Source of the DNA: Eimeria praecox
Taxonomy: Eukaryota
NCBI GenBank assembly: GCA_963920595.1
Contig: OY986950.1
Span: 1,364,001 to 1,428,000, forward strand
Length of the DNA: 64,000 nt
Direction: 5' to 3'
Every line of letters starts with the position of its first letter. The stretch's first letter is position 1. Positions 45,461 through 59,311 of this stretch are shown piece after piece. The notes below the pieces were generated by a model. It had not been told where the DNA came from and did no database searches. It was given only the letters and a program-made list of their open reading frames with translations. The position numbers were made by a program, and so were the translations under genes.

Positions 45461-47164
45461 ATGCGCTCCTTCATATCAGCAGCAGCAGCAACACCGCTGC
45501 TGCTGCTGCTGCTGCTGCTGTCGAGTTCTTCTATTCTTTCTTCTTCTGCTGCCAATCAACCCCCAGATTTTGTGAGTATAACTCTTTTATTCGTTTATTT
45601 ATCTATTTAAGCGTGAAGGAGAGCTGGAGGAGATGCTGAGCAGTAGAGATAAGCCCTCATAGATAGGGGGAGGCGAACACCGCTCGCGAGACCCTAGGGT
45701 TTAGGGTTTAGGGTTTAGGGTTTAGGGTTTAGGGTTTTATTAGGGATTAAGAGAGAGACTAGATATGATATAAACAGAAACAAACAGCAGATGATTTAAA
45801 TAGAAGATATCTCGAGACATCCAACTCGTTCATTCATACCGAGGATTGCGGGTTTGAATAGATTTCGAGTTCATTAGGGTTTTGTAGGGTTTAGGGTTTA
45901 GGGTTTAGGGTTTAGGGTTTGTGTGCAGGGAGGAGGAGATCTAACAGCGGATGCGAGACTGGTGACAGAGCATGTGGAGTTGTTAGCTTGGTATCTTCAG
46001 AACGATCGACTCGCCGTAGCGCATGTAGCTATCTGTCTACTGGAGGGGCCCCATAAAGAAAGCAAGCTAACAATAAACCCTAAACCCTAAACCCTAAACC
46101 CTAAACCCTAAACCCTAGGCAGACTTGAGAGGCGTGCGTGGCTACTTGTTGGATCATCAAAACCCTAAACCCTAAACCCTAAACCCTAAATAAACCCCAA
46201 TAAACCCTAATTGATAGAAATCTGTAAATCCTACACATCGCACATTATCAAATAACTCTAAACCCTAAACACTATAAAACACCTGTTAAGCCCAATAAAA
46301 ACCCTAAACCCTATTAACCCCTAACCCCTAAACCCTAAACCCTAAACCCTAAACCCTAATGAGTGGGGTGTGTGTGCACAGTCTCGAGGGCAGTGATAGA
46401 GAAGTGCGGAGGAGACGCAGACTTCATCCGAAATTCGGTCAAGGACTTCATCGTCGATCTGCCTCGATCTTCTGTGAGATGGAACACGAGATACAGACAC
46501 AGACAGATATAGCTAGCTAGCTAGCTAGCCATGCAGCTAGCTAGATAGATAGGTAGATAGATAGATAAATAGATAGATAGATAGATAGGCAGATAAGCAG
46601 CTAGCTAGCAATACAGCTAGCTAGCTAGACAGACAGACAGACAGACAGGCAGATAAGTAGCTAGCTAGCTATGTAGGAGGGTAGCTAGCTAGCTAGCTAG
46701 CTAGTTATATGGCTAGCGGTTGATGGAGGTCTCCGAGTGTATAAACAGCCTCCTGAGGCTGTGAACACCCTCGGAGCAGCATTTGCAGCAGCAGCAGCAG
46801 CAGCACTTGCAGCAGCAGCAGCAGCACTTGCAGCAGCAGCAGCAGCACTTGCAGCAGCAGCAGCAGCAACAGCAGGATGCGGTAGCGTGCACGTTCTTAC
46901 CTCTTGTCTCTCTCCCTAGCGCAGACCCTAAACCCTAAACCCTAAACCCTAGACGCTAAAGGTTGTTAGGATTCGTGTATATATGTGTAGTTACATCTTT
47001 AAGATCTGAAATAGTATTTGATAGGTTTGTTAGGTTATATATATATATATATATATATAGATAGATAGATATAGATATAGATATAGATATAGATATAGAT
47101 ATAGATATAGATATAGATATAGATATAGATATAGATATAGATATAGATATAGATATAGATATAG

Positions 47165-47241
<77 letters not shown>

Positions 47242-47739
47242 TAGATATATAGATATAGATATAGATATATAGATATAGATAGATAGATATATAGATATAG
47301 ATATAGATATAGATATAGATATAAATATAGCTATAGATATAGATATAGATATAGCTATAGCTATAGATATAGCTATATGTATATGTTGTGTATGTGCCCT
47401 CAGACTCCAATAAACTTAGGGGAGAGCGGTCCTTCAGTAGCATTACGGAACGCATTAAAGAAAGCCTGGAAGTTAGCAGAGAATGAAGGCGGCCCGATCG
47501 GTGTACATCATCTGTATTTGTCTCTTGTTGAAATACCCGCATTTCAAAAAATCATGGTGAAGAGTGGTTGCAATCTTAAAATATTTAAAACGTAAGATAT
47601 ACATGTATATACACCACAAACACAAACACTGGCGCGGGGTTAGTTTGAGGTTTAGAGAGTTGAGGATATACAAATAATAGCTGCTTCTCTTTAATATTAT
47701 ATTATTATATTATATTATTATTATTATTATTATATTATT

Positions 47740-47788
<49 letters not shown>

Positions 47789-49143
47789 TATTATTATATT
47801 ATTACTATTATTATTATATATATATATAATATCTCTTTAATATTATATTTATAACATATTAACATAAACACCTTGAGAGTGTGTGTTTTGCTGTTTGAGT
47901 TGAGGTAACAAACAACCTGCGTATAAATTCGAAATTCGTGAATGTTTGTTTAACTTTGTTTGTGGATTGGATTTGATTTATTTAATTTAATTTGATTGAT
48001 TTGATTGATTTGATTTAATTTGATTGGTTTGATTTAGTTAATTTAATTTGATTGATTTGATTTATCTAATTTGATTTGATTTATTTGATTTATTTAATTT
48101 AGTTTGATTGATTTAATTTGATTGATTTGATTGATTTGATTTGATTGATTTGATTTGATCGATTTGATTTGATTGATTTGATTTGATTGATTTGGTTTGA
48201 TTGATTTGATTTGATTGATTTGATTTGATTGATTCGATTGATTGATTTGATTTGATTGATTTGATTGATTTGATTAGATGTATTTGATTTGATTTGATTT
48301 GATTGATTTGATTGGTTTAATTTGATTTATTTGATTTGATTAATTTGTTAATTTGATTTGATTTGATTTGATTTAATTTGATTTGATTTGTTAATTTGAT
48401 AATGAGTGGATTTCGTGTTTATTGTTTAGTGTTACTGTGTTCGTTCTATTTACCCATTTCTCCTTTTTTTATTTTTTATTTTTTTTATTTTTTATTTAAT
48501 TTTTTCTAATTTGATTTAATTAATTTGTTTGTGTTTGTGTGTGTGTGTGTGTGTGTGTATGTTTGTTTTAATTATTTAGAGAGATTGTAGATCAATTCAA
48601 AGGCCGCCAACGAGGAGCCTTCCCTGTATCTTTTCAAGATATGGTTGCAGATAGACAGGGGGCTTCTGATGTTTCTATCTCGCAGTATGGCGTCGATTTG
48701 TCTTTCATGGCGCAGCAGGGATTGCTGCCTCCTGTTGTAGGGAGAGATGAAGAGATAGATAGAATCGCCCAGGTCAGAATAATATATACCCTAAACCCTA
48801 AACCCTAAACCCTAGATCCTGATAATAAACACCGAGATATCTACACAGACAGAAAGGGGAGGCAGCACGATGCCGAAGGAGGAACCTCTTTTCAAATCTA
48901 GACACGATCTAGGGTTTAGGGTTTAGGTTGTTAGGGTCTAGGGTTTAAGATTTAGGGTTTAGGGTCTAGGGTTTAGGGTTTAGGGTTTAGGGTTTAGGGT
49001 TTGGGTGCAGATCTTGAGTAGAAAGATGACGAAGGCTCCGATGCTTCTTGGTGAGCCTGGCGTTGGGAAGACGGCCGTCATGGAGGGATTGGCGCAGCGT
49101 ATAGTGGAGGTAAGCCCTAAACCCTAAACCCTAAACCCTAGTT

Positions 49144-49207
<64 letters not shown>

Positions 49208-50885
49208 GCAGGTTTCGCAGAGGATTTTCTCTTCTGTCCTTGTCTGTTTGTTGTTGTCTGTCTTTTGTTTATTTGCTTCTCTTTTTGGTGTTTGTTTGTT
49301 TGTTGATTTGTCTGCATTTCTTCTTATTTGTGTGTTTTTCTTTGTGTTGTTTTTGTTATTGTTTTTCTGTCTGTCTATATATTTGTGTTTGTTTGTTTCC
49401 TCTCTGTTTGTTTGTGTTTGTTTGTTTATGTTTATTATTGTTGTTATATATTGTTGTATTTATTACGTTTTATAGTATGAAGATTAATTCGTTGAGTATA
49501 TATGTTTTGTTTGTTTTTGTTTGTTTTTGTTTATGTAGGGTGCAGTGCCTGAGTCTCTACGTCGACGTCGCGTCTTCTCTTTGGATTTATTATCTTTGTC
49601 TGCTGGCTCGGCTATGCGAGGGGAGTTTGAGAAGAGAATGAAGGAGATTATTGTTTACTTACAAGCAAATGTAGAAGAAGTCATTCTATTTATTGATGAA
49701 ATACATACTCTCATTGGTGCAGGAAAAGCTGCAGGGAGTATGGACGCCAGCCAAATACTTAAAGTGCCTCTAGCCAGAGGAGAAATTGTGTATGTACATA
49801 CACCCCAACATCATCTAAACCCTAAACCCTAAGCAACTAAATATGCATGATACAAATTAAATTAATAAAATCTTCAGTATACAGTTAGATAACTTGTAAC
49901 CACTTGGGCAGCTGACTAGTTAGCTAGCTAGCTAGCCAGCTAGCTAGCTAGCTAACTAGTTAGCTAACTAGTTTAGCAGAGGCCTGTCTGCTGGCTGCAG
50001 CTTAGCGGGATAGATAGATAGCAGCCAACTAGCTAGCTAAGCAGAAGTATGGAGTTGAGCTTTTCGGGTATCTAAGGGGGTCGATGCGCATGCATGTTTG
50101 TTTTCTTATTTGTTATATATATATTCTTATTTTCTTATATTTATTTTATTGTGCTTATTTTGTATACTTTGTTTATTTTGTCTTATGTTTGTCACTTAGT
50201 TTGGTCGGTGCCACTACTCTGAGCGAATACAAATTGCACGTCGAGAAGGACGCTGCCTTCTGTCGTCGGTTTCAGAAGATTATCGTAGAAGCTCCATCCA
50301 AAGAAAGAACTTTAAGTAAATCAATTTCAAATAAATAAATGAAAATAAACAAATAAATACAAATAAATACAAATAAATACAAATAAATACAAATAAATAC
50401 AAATAAATACAAACATGTGGGGAAGTAAAGTTGGTGCATGCATGCATCCATGCATGCGCTGATTTATGTTGTTTATGTTTTCTGTAATTATTTGATGTCT
50501 GCATACGAGTTGTTGAGTTTCTTGTGTTTGATGCAGTCTGTCTACCTTGTGTTTGTTTATTTGTTTTGTTTGCCTCCTCTTTGGTTGTTTGTCGTGTTAA
50601 CCTGTTTATTTGTTTGTTTGCTATTTTCGTCTGTTTGTTTGATATCGCTGATTTATTGTTATGTATTTGGTAGATTCCCTGCCTGCAGTTTGTATTATTT
50701 TCTGCTATTATTCGTTGATTTGTTATCTTTTAGTATTTTGTTTTGTGTTGATTTGTTAATACTATGTTTACATTTATTTGTATTTCCTGATCCTTAACAT
50801 GCATGTTTTGTTCGTATGGAGGTGTTAATGAATTGCAGCAGCTTATGCACGAAATAAGTAAATATATGTATATGTGTATATGTGC

Positions 50886-50932
<47 letters not shown>

Positions 50933-53101
50933 GTGTTTTGAGGCTTTGTGTGTATGTGTTTGTGTATCCTGGTCACTTTGTTTTTTGTATTGATGGTATA
51001 ATAGAATAGTATTTATTATATTAATAGCTCTATGAAAAGTATTAATGGCTGTTGATTATATTGTATAATGTCTATACATACACCGTGTATAGGATTTATA
51101 TTGTGTGGTGTGTATACACCTGGCAGGTATCTTGAGTAAAGTAAAAGTAAAATATGAACAACATCATAACATGACAATAAGTGAAGAAGTATTACAGGCA
51201 GTTGTAAATTTATCTGATCAATATATTAAAAGAAGATCCTTCCCTGATAAAGCTCTTGATCTACTTGATGAATCCTGCGCAATGAAGAGAGTTCGCCATA
51301 ATAATCGAGTTGCGGAAGTCGCCAAGATGCTCGACGAACATCGAAGAAATGTTATTGAAATTGTACGTTTATACTCGTAATACATTTCATTCATGTATTG
51401 TTTATAAATTTCTTTCTTTTTCTTGTTTTCTTTCTTAATTGATTATCACTGTTCTTGACAAACATCGAAGAAATGTTATTGAAATTGTACGTTTATACTC
51501 GTAATACATTTCATTCATGTATTGTTTATAAATTTCTTTCTTTTTCTTGTTTTCCTTCTTAATTGATTGTCACTGTTCTCAACGAACATCGAAGAAATGT
51601 TATTGAAATTGTACGTTTATACTCGTAATACATTTCATTCTTGTATTGTTTATAACTTTCTTTCATCTTTTTCTTGTTTTCCCTCTGAAGTGATCATAAA
51701 TATGTTGGAGAAACATCGGAAACATGTTAGTGAAATTGTACGTTTATTCTCGTAATACATTTCATTCATGTATTGTTTATAACTTTCTTTCATCTTTTTC
51801 TTGTTTTACTTCTTAATTGATCATAAGTATATTGGGGAAACATCGAAAGCATGTTTATTGAACTTGTACGTGTATTCTCAGAATATACTTCATTCATTTC
51901 ATGTATTATTTATAACTTTCTTTCATCTTTTTCTTGTTTTCCCTCTGAATTTATTATCACTGTGCTTGGGAAACATCGATAAAATGGTATTGAACTTGTA
52001 CGAATATTCTCATGATAACCCCATTTATTGTCTTCATCCATTTTATTCGTCCATTATTTATAACTTTCTTTCTTCTTTTTCTTGTTTTCCTCCTTAATTG
52101 ATCATAACTGTGCTTGAGGAGCATGGAAAGAATGTTATTGAATATGTATGCACTCATGATACACCTCATGCAATTAATATGTTTTCTTCTTTCTTAATTT
52201 ATCATAATGTTGGAGAAACAACGAACGAAAATAATTAAATTGAGCTCGTATAATATACGCATGCTACACCTCATTCAATTAAACGTGTTTATTCCTTTTA
52301 CGTTTATTAACGGGCATTTCTTCTTTTCTTTTCCTCTTCTTTGTAATTATGATTACACACCGCATTTTATCATTCATTTCATTTCTGATCACGAGGATAT
52401 ATGCGGCTCTCTCCTTTTTTTGTTTTGTTTCTAATTATGAACAAATACTTTCTCTTCCTTTTTACATAAACATGCAGCTTATCTATCCTTCCTCTCCTGG
52501 TGGACCGATCGTCCCTCCTTGTCTTTCTTGCCTGTTGTTATTTTCTCTTATCAACATTAGCCTGCCTATTATGTTTATGACGTTCATTTGAAGTACATAG
52601 ATAGATCTCGATTGAGAGGCAAATAGACGAGACGAAGGATTTTGGTTATGTTGGAGGTCGCTTGTATGTTGTTTGTTCGTTGCATGTGTTCATTTGTTGT
52701 GTTTATTTTGTTGTTTGTTATCTCTGTTCATTATTTGATTTGTTTGTTGTGCCGCTGTACGTACAGGAGGAGGAGGAGTTGAGGAAGTTGGAAGAAGAAC
52801 ATAAAATGCTGACAGAGCCAACAGATGAAGTGAGGCAGTCCTTAGACGTTTAACTCTTGTTATTAAGAGTTATTTATAAATAATATATATATATATATAT
52901 ATATATTATTTATAAGATAAATATATTTATAAAATATATTAATTTTATAAATAAGTAAATTTTTATTGCTTTCTCTATACTATTACAATTTGGTTTTCTG
53001 TTATTTGTGTCTGGATTTGTATATTCTTGTATTTATTTGTATATTTACGCATTCCTTATTTTATTATCTATCTATCTATATTATATATATATATATATAA
53101 T

Positions 53102-53134
<33 letters not shown>

Positions 53135-53343
53135 GATAGAGATATAGATATGAGTTATTTATTTACTTATTTATATATTTGTGTGTGGTTTCTGATAGAA
53201 ACCTGACCCCGAGCACATCGAGTTGGTGGTGGACGACATAGCGCGGACTTTGAGTATGTGGACGGGAATTCCGATGGGGAGGATGACGCAAGATGAAATG
53301 TCCAGGATACTCAAACTCTCACAAGTACTCAGTCAGGTAAGAC

Positions 53344-53412
<69 letters not shown>

Positions 53413-53471
53413 CAGAGAGAGAGAGATAGGGATATAGCATAGCTGTAGGTGTATAGACGTAGATATTGATG

Positions 53472-53506
<35 letters not shown>

Positions 53507-53739
53507 TTGTATAGATATGTATATATAGTAAGCATGGAGTTTATATGATGTTGTGTGTGTGGATGTTCTTATGATATAATTATATTATTATTATAATTAT
53601 TATATTATTATTATGTATGTCTGCGTCGTGGTAATAATTAGAGTGTTGAGAGTGCTTACGCCCAAGTACTTCTTCACGGATTTGATACTTCCGTATAACG
53701 TGTTTGTAGTTACCTAGACACATATTTAATAGCTGGCGG

Positions 53740-53782
<43 letters not shown>

Positions 53783-54005
53783 CGTGTGTGTATTTCTTTT
53801 GTTTTTCCTGATATTTCCTTATTATTTTTGTTTTATTAATATAATAATAATTAAATGTTTCCGTTTCTGTATTGTATGATGCAGCGAGTGATAGGACAGG
53901 AGGAGGCGGTGGAGGCAGTGTCGAATGCTATTCGAAATCACAGAGCAGGAATAAGCGAAGAGAAGAAACCCATAGGAGCCTTCCTATTCTTAGGGTCTTC
54001 AGGTA

Positions 54006-54067
<62 letters not shown>

Positions 54068-55702
54068 TATATATATAGTATAATTTAGGTTATTAATCAA
54101 GTATGAACACAAGAGTAGTAGTGTTAATACTTTATAAGAAGCTTGGCAGACATAGAAAGGCTAGTAGAAGAGGTTTTTGAGATATAGAATAAAATAGATA
54201 AGGAGATAGAGAGGAAGAGAGGAAGAGAGACAGAGACAGACAGAAAGAGAGAAGGAAAGAGAAAGATAGACAAATGTAGGAGGAGTTTATAATATTCAGG
54301 TAAATATATGAGGAGTATATTATATTAAACTTGTATCGATAGACACACAGAGAGAGAACATACAGACAAAGAGAGAGTGAGAGAGAGAGGAGGCGATGAC
54401 CTATTTGGTAGTTTGTTTGTTGTTTATGTTATCATTTATTTTTTTAATTTATTATATATTTAATAATTTATATATCTATATATATCTATATATCTATCTA
54501 TATATATAGATAGATATAGATATATAGATATAGATATAGATATAGATATAGATATAGATATAGATATAGATATAGATATAGATATAGATATAGATATAGA
54601 TATAGATATAGATATATAGGTAGATAAATAGATAGATAGATATTTGTCTATTTGTATATTTGTGGTGTAATGAAGGTGTCGGTAAGACGGAGTTGGCAAA
54701 GGCAATAGCTGAGGAGATGTTTCACTCTGAGAAGAATTTGATTCGTCTGGACATGGTAGAATATCAAGAGGCCCACAGTATCTCTCGTCTCATCGGGCCT
54801 CCTCCAGGGTATATGGGCAATGATGAGGGAGGACAACTCACTGAGGCCGTCAGACAGAGACCTCATAGTGTTGTTTTATTCGACGAAGTAGAAAATGCAC
54901 ACAAAAACCTATGGGCGGTGCTTCTACCGGTGAGACAGACACACTGCGTGTTATACAGGGAGAACAAGAAGGAGGGAGGGAGAGAGGGAGAGAGGGGAGA
55001 GGGGAGGGAGGGGAAGTCTTTATCTTTATATCTGTGTATGTATCTATCTGTATCTATATATCTATAATATCTATATATCTATATATCTATATATCTATAT
55101 ATCTATATCTGTATATCTATATATCTATATCTATATCTCTGTGTATCTATCTATCTGTCTATCTATCTATCTGAGTCTCTCTGTCTCTCTAAATGGATGA
55201 ATCTCTCTGCGTGTGTGTATGTATGTGTGAGTGTTGTATGTATTGTGTGTGTGTGTGTGTGTTGTGTGTTGTATGTCTCAGATGTTAGACGAAGGCCACC
55301 TCACTGACACGAAGAACGTGAGGGTAGACTTCACGAATACGATAGTGATAATGACGTCCAACATTGGCCAGCAGTATATATTAGATGCGTATAAGGAGGC
55401 GAGGGCTATGGCTCAGGGTGTAGCTACACCGCTAGCGCATTTTAATAAAGATACAAATAGTTTAGAGAAGTTTGCTATGGCGAAGGCGGGGGCTGAGGCT
55501 GCGGGATCGTTTGAGAGTAAAGAACAGAAGAAGGGGACAGCCGCTGAGGCTGTGGAGAAGAAGAAGGGAGAACAGTGGAATAGCGGAGGATCGCCGAAAG
55601 AAGTTTTAAATAAAATGAGACAGAAAGTTATGCAGGAAATACTCGGGTACTTCAAACCACAAGTTGTCGGCAGAATGACAAAAATTGTGGTAAGTTAATA
55701 AC

Positions 55703-55733
<31 letters not shown>

Positions 55734-56770
55734 GATAACATACAGAAGGAAAGACAGATACACTGGGGAGAGAGATTGAGAGAGAGAAAGGGAGAGAGAA
55801 GGGGAGAGGGAGAGAAAAAGGGGTGGGGGGGAGGGAGAGAGGGAGAGAGAGGGAGGGAGAGAGAGGTCGAATATGTCTTGTGTTTTGTTGTTTATATACA
55901 TCTGTGTAGATGTTTAGTAGATGGTTTGGATCGAGTTGTCGACTCTTGTTGTTGTTGTTGTTGTTATTGTTGTTATTGTCTGTTTTGTTCTTTTGTTTGT
56001 CTCGTCTTCTTTTTGTTGTTTGTTTGATTTTGTTTATCTTTTGTTGTTGTTGAGGTGTATAGACAGATTAAATTTAATGGGAAGGCGTTGTATCCGATGA
56101 TGCTGTTCAAAGGATTTGTGTCTTAACTAGTTTTTTTGTGTGTTAGGCCTTCGTTTGTTAATTGTATTTGTTTGTGTTTGTTTTTTCTATATATATTTAT
56201 TTGTTTGTCTTCGTGTTGTTGGTATGTTGGTGGTATGTAGTTGTGTATTTATCTATATAATATATGCTTGTATTTATAGATATGTATCTGTAGTTACAAA
56301 CATATTGTATCTGTATATCTCTCTATATATCTGTATATATCTATATATCTATGTATCTATATATCCATGTATCTATGTATCTATGTATCTGTATATCTAT
56401 ACATCTATATATGTGTATATATCTATATATCTATGTCTATATATATATATATATATAGACATATATATGTATATAGATATATAGGTAGATATCTTTGTGT
56501 TTATGGATGTGTGTGTTTGACTGTTTCAGATATTTGAGCCTCTCACGGAGACAGCGATGCGTGGCGTATTAGATTTGATGTTTACGCATTTAAAGAGAGA
56601 ATTACAGAAGAGAGGAATTACACTCGAAGTCACAGACTCAGCAAAAACTTTTATTTTGGATCGAGCTTGGTCCCACAAATTTGGAGGAAGAAGAATGGCA
56701 AAGTAAGAGACACCTACATATACACATACACCCCCCAGGTGTATAGGCAGGTCCTGGAGGTTGCTTCGTT

Positions 56771-56819
<49 letters not shown>

Positions 56820-57164
56820 CGACACGCGGTGTGTGATATGTTGTATATACATCTATGCATATATGTATATCTTCTAAATCTATAGATGAATAGATAAATA
56901 CATAAACACAGGTAATATAAATACTACAGATAATACAAATACTATAAATAGTATACATAATATAACTACTACAACAAAACCCTCTATAGTAAATTAATAA
57001 TATATACTGTGTGTATGTGTATAACTGCAGATACATCGAGAAGTACGTCACAGCGAAGATCGCTCCTCTGCTTCTCCAGGCCAAATTAAGAAGAGGACAC
57101 AAAGCCCAACTCAAGAGAGCGCAGCAACAGCCAAATCAACTCAACCTCATTGTGAGATACCATA

Positions 57165-57206
<42 letters not shown>

Positions 57207-57495
57207 AACTTGTGTATTATGTATCTCTGTGCGTCTCTCTCTCTCTTGGTTTCTTTGTTTTTTGAATGTGTGTTTCCAGTTTATTTAATTGTGTCCTTCA
57301 TAGAATATTTTGTGTTTTATATTTTGTGTTTGTTGTTTTTCTGTTTTTGTGTGTTTGTGTTTGTGTGTGAATCAGATATGCGAGGAAGACAGCGATGGAC
57401 AGTGCAAGCCGGGGACGAAGCATGGAAGAGTGTTAGTCGTACAGGCAGCGAAGCCAGCAATTGCTGAGGGAGAGGAGGAAGACCCCCTCATATAA
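45461..57495 (+). CDS. Hsp100/Clp AAA+ ATPase (ClpB/HSP101-like) with N-terminal signal peptide, 17 exons
   Basis: Exons 45461-45571, 45929-46061, 46382-46473, 47404-47591, 48580-48772, 49011-49109, 49539-49789, 50200-50315, 51127-51362, 52767-52829, 53199-53336, 53885-54002, 54676-54929, 55282-55689, 56530-56702, 57031-57151, 57376-57495, all phase-consistent. Clp-N repeats; NBD1 ([47 protein letters not shown]); NBD2 ([45 protein letters not shown]). Confidence 0.93.
51338..52270 (+). repeat. Tandem ~125-bp repeat (about 8 copies, progressively diverged) starting in Hsp100 exon 9
   Basis: Unit aacatcgaagaaatgttattgaaatt-gtacgtttatactcgtaatacatttcattcatgtattgtttataa.. starts near 51338, 51461, 51585, 51712, 51839, 51972, 52121 and 52216. 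Confidence 0.92.
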
Positions 57496-57713
57496 TAACT
57501 CTACTTACTCGTAGACTCTGTTGTTTTTTAAAAAAAGAAGAAGAGAGAGGAGAGAAGAAGAGAGAGGAGAGAAGAAGAAGAGAGAAGAAGAGAGAAGAAG
57601 AGAGAAGAAGAGAGAAGGAGAAGAGAGAAGAAGAATTTCCTCTGATTTTCATTTTAAATTTCGTGCAGAGGAGAAGAGAAAATGCACAATCTGAATGATG
57701 CTATCATCCTATA

Positions 57714-57749
<36 letters not shown>

Positions 57750-58104
57750 TCTATAGGTGTATGTAATATCTTAGATATATATAATAGGCATATTATAATG
57801 CTTTATATATATAATGTATTATATATATAATATATTATATATATATTTTCTATATAATATATATATAATAAATATAATATATATATTATATATTATCTAT
57901 AAAATATATATACATATACGAGCAGACAGACACCGACGAGGTTGTATACTCAATGCAGCGATGAATCTTTCTTAATGTATATATATCTGCCGGCCTGCTA
58001 TAGAATATATAATATACGATTTTATATATAAAATAAAAAATATATATATTGTATATTGTATATTAGATATAGTATACAATATAACAAACGTATTGTATAT
58101 TCTA

Positions 58105-58150
<46 letters not shown>

Positions 58151-58741
58151 AGTGTTGGGCGTACAGTTTGAAGGGCAGAGGAAGACGAAGGATAGTAATA
58201 ATTGTTGATAGGAAGAGAGGAGAGCGAATTCCTTTGATTTTGTTTTTGTCTTTGATTTGTATTAAAGACAAATAAATAAAATTATTTGTGTAATTTTATC
58301 TTCTATTGAATATTATACTCGCCCATTCTTCTTCTGTCTTTCTCTTCTCTTCTCTTCTCTCTCTTCTCCTCTCTTCTTCTCTCTTCTTCTCTCTTCTCTC
58401 TTCTCTCTCTTCTCTTCTTTCTTCTTTCTTTTGTGTTAGTTGTTTACTGTTTGATCTTGTGAGGGAGGAGGAGATTCTTTCGTGTATTCTATAACAACTT
58501 CAAGTCCGCCGTGTTCTCTTATGCTTTCCTGTGTATTAATTATGATGAATAAGTAAATATATTTAATTAATAATAATAATAATATTATTAATTATTAATT
58601 ATTTAAATTAATTAATTAATAATTAATTTATGTTGAAGCCTGGACATATAACGTTCTACCGCAGCTATAATGAAAGTAGTTCAAGACGAAGTTGATGATG
58701 AGAAAGCGAAGAAGAAATGCATTTCTTTGTCGTTTGAAGTA

Positions 58742-58776
<35 letters not shown>

Positions 58777-58935
58777 ATTATTATTATTTATTATTATTTA
58801 TTATTGTTATTATTATTATTAATGTTCTTAGGCTTTTTTGTGCTCGAGTGTGCAACAAACAAAAGTATTTATTTGGTTTAGCGGCGTCGAGAAGAAAGAA
58901 CGCTGCAGGTGTTTGCTGGCAGGGCGGCAGATTAA

Positions 58936-58995
<60 letters not shown>

Positions 58996-59270
58996 TTGTT
59001 TGTCTGTAGTTTCCTGATTAAGAGAAGCAAACAAACAACAAAGTAAACGTTTAACTCAACAAAGCAAACAAATGAAGATATTTTCTCTCCTTTCAAACAC
59101 ACAAATGGCGTTAACTGTCGTCACATTTTTCTTCTTCATGAATATTCGAATTTGTTGTTGTTATTATATATTATTTGTAGAAATTTAAATTACTTCTTCA
59201 CTGACAGATATTAGAGAAGTAGAATGTTGTTGAATATATATATACTTAACTTCTTTCCAGTTAGTTATAA

Positions 59271-59311
<41 letters not shown>

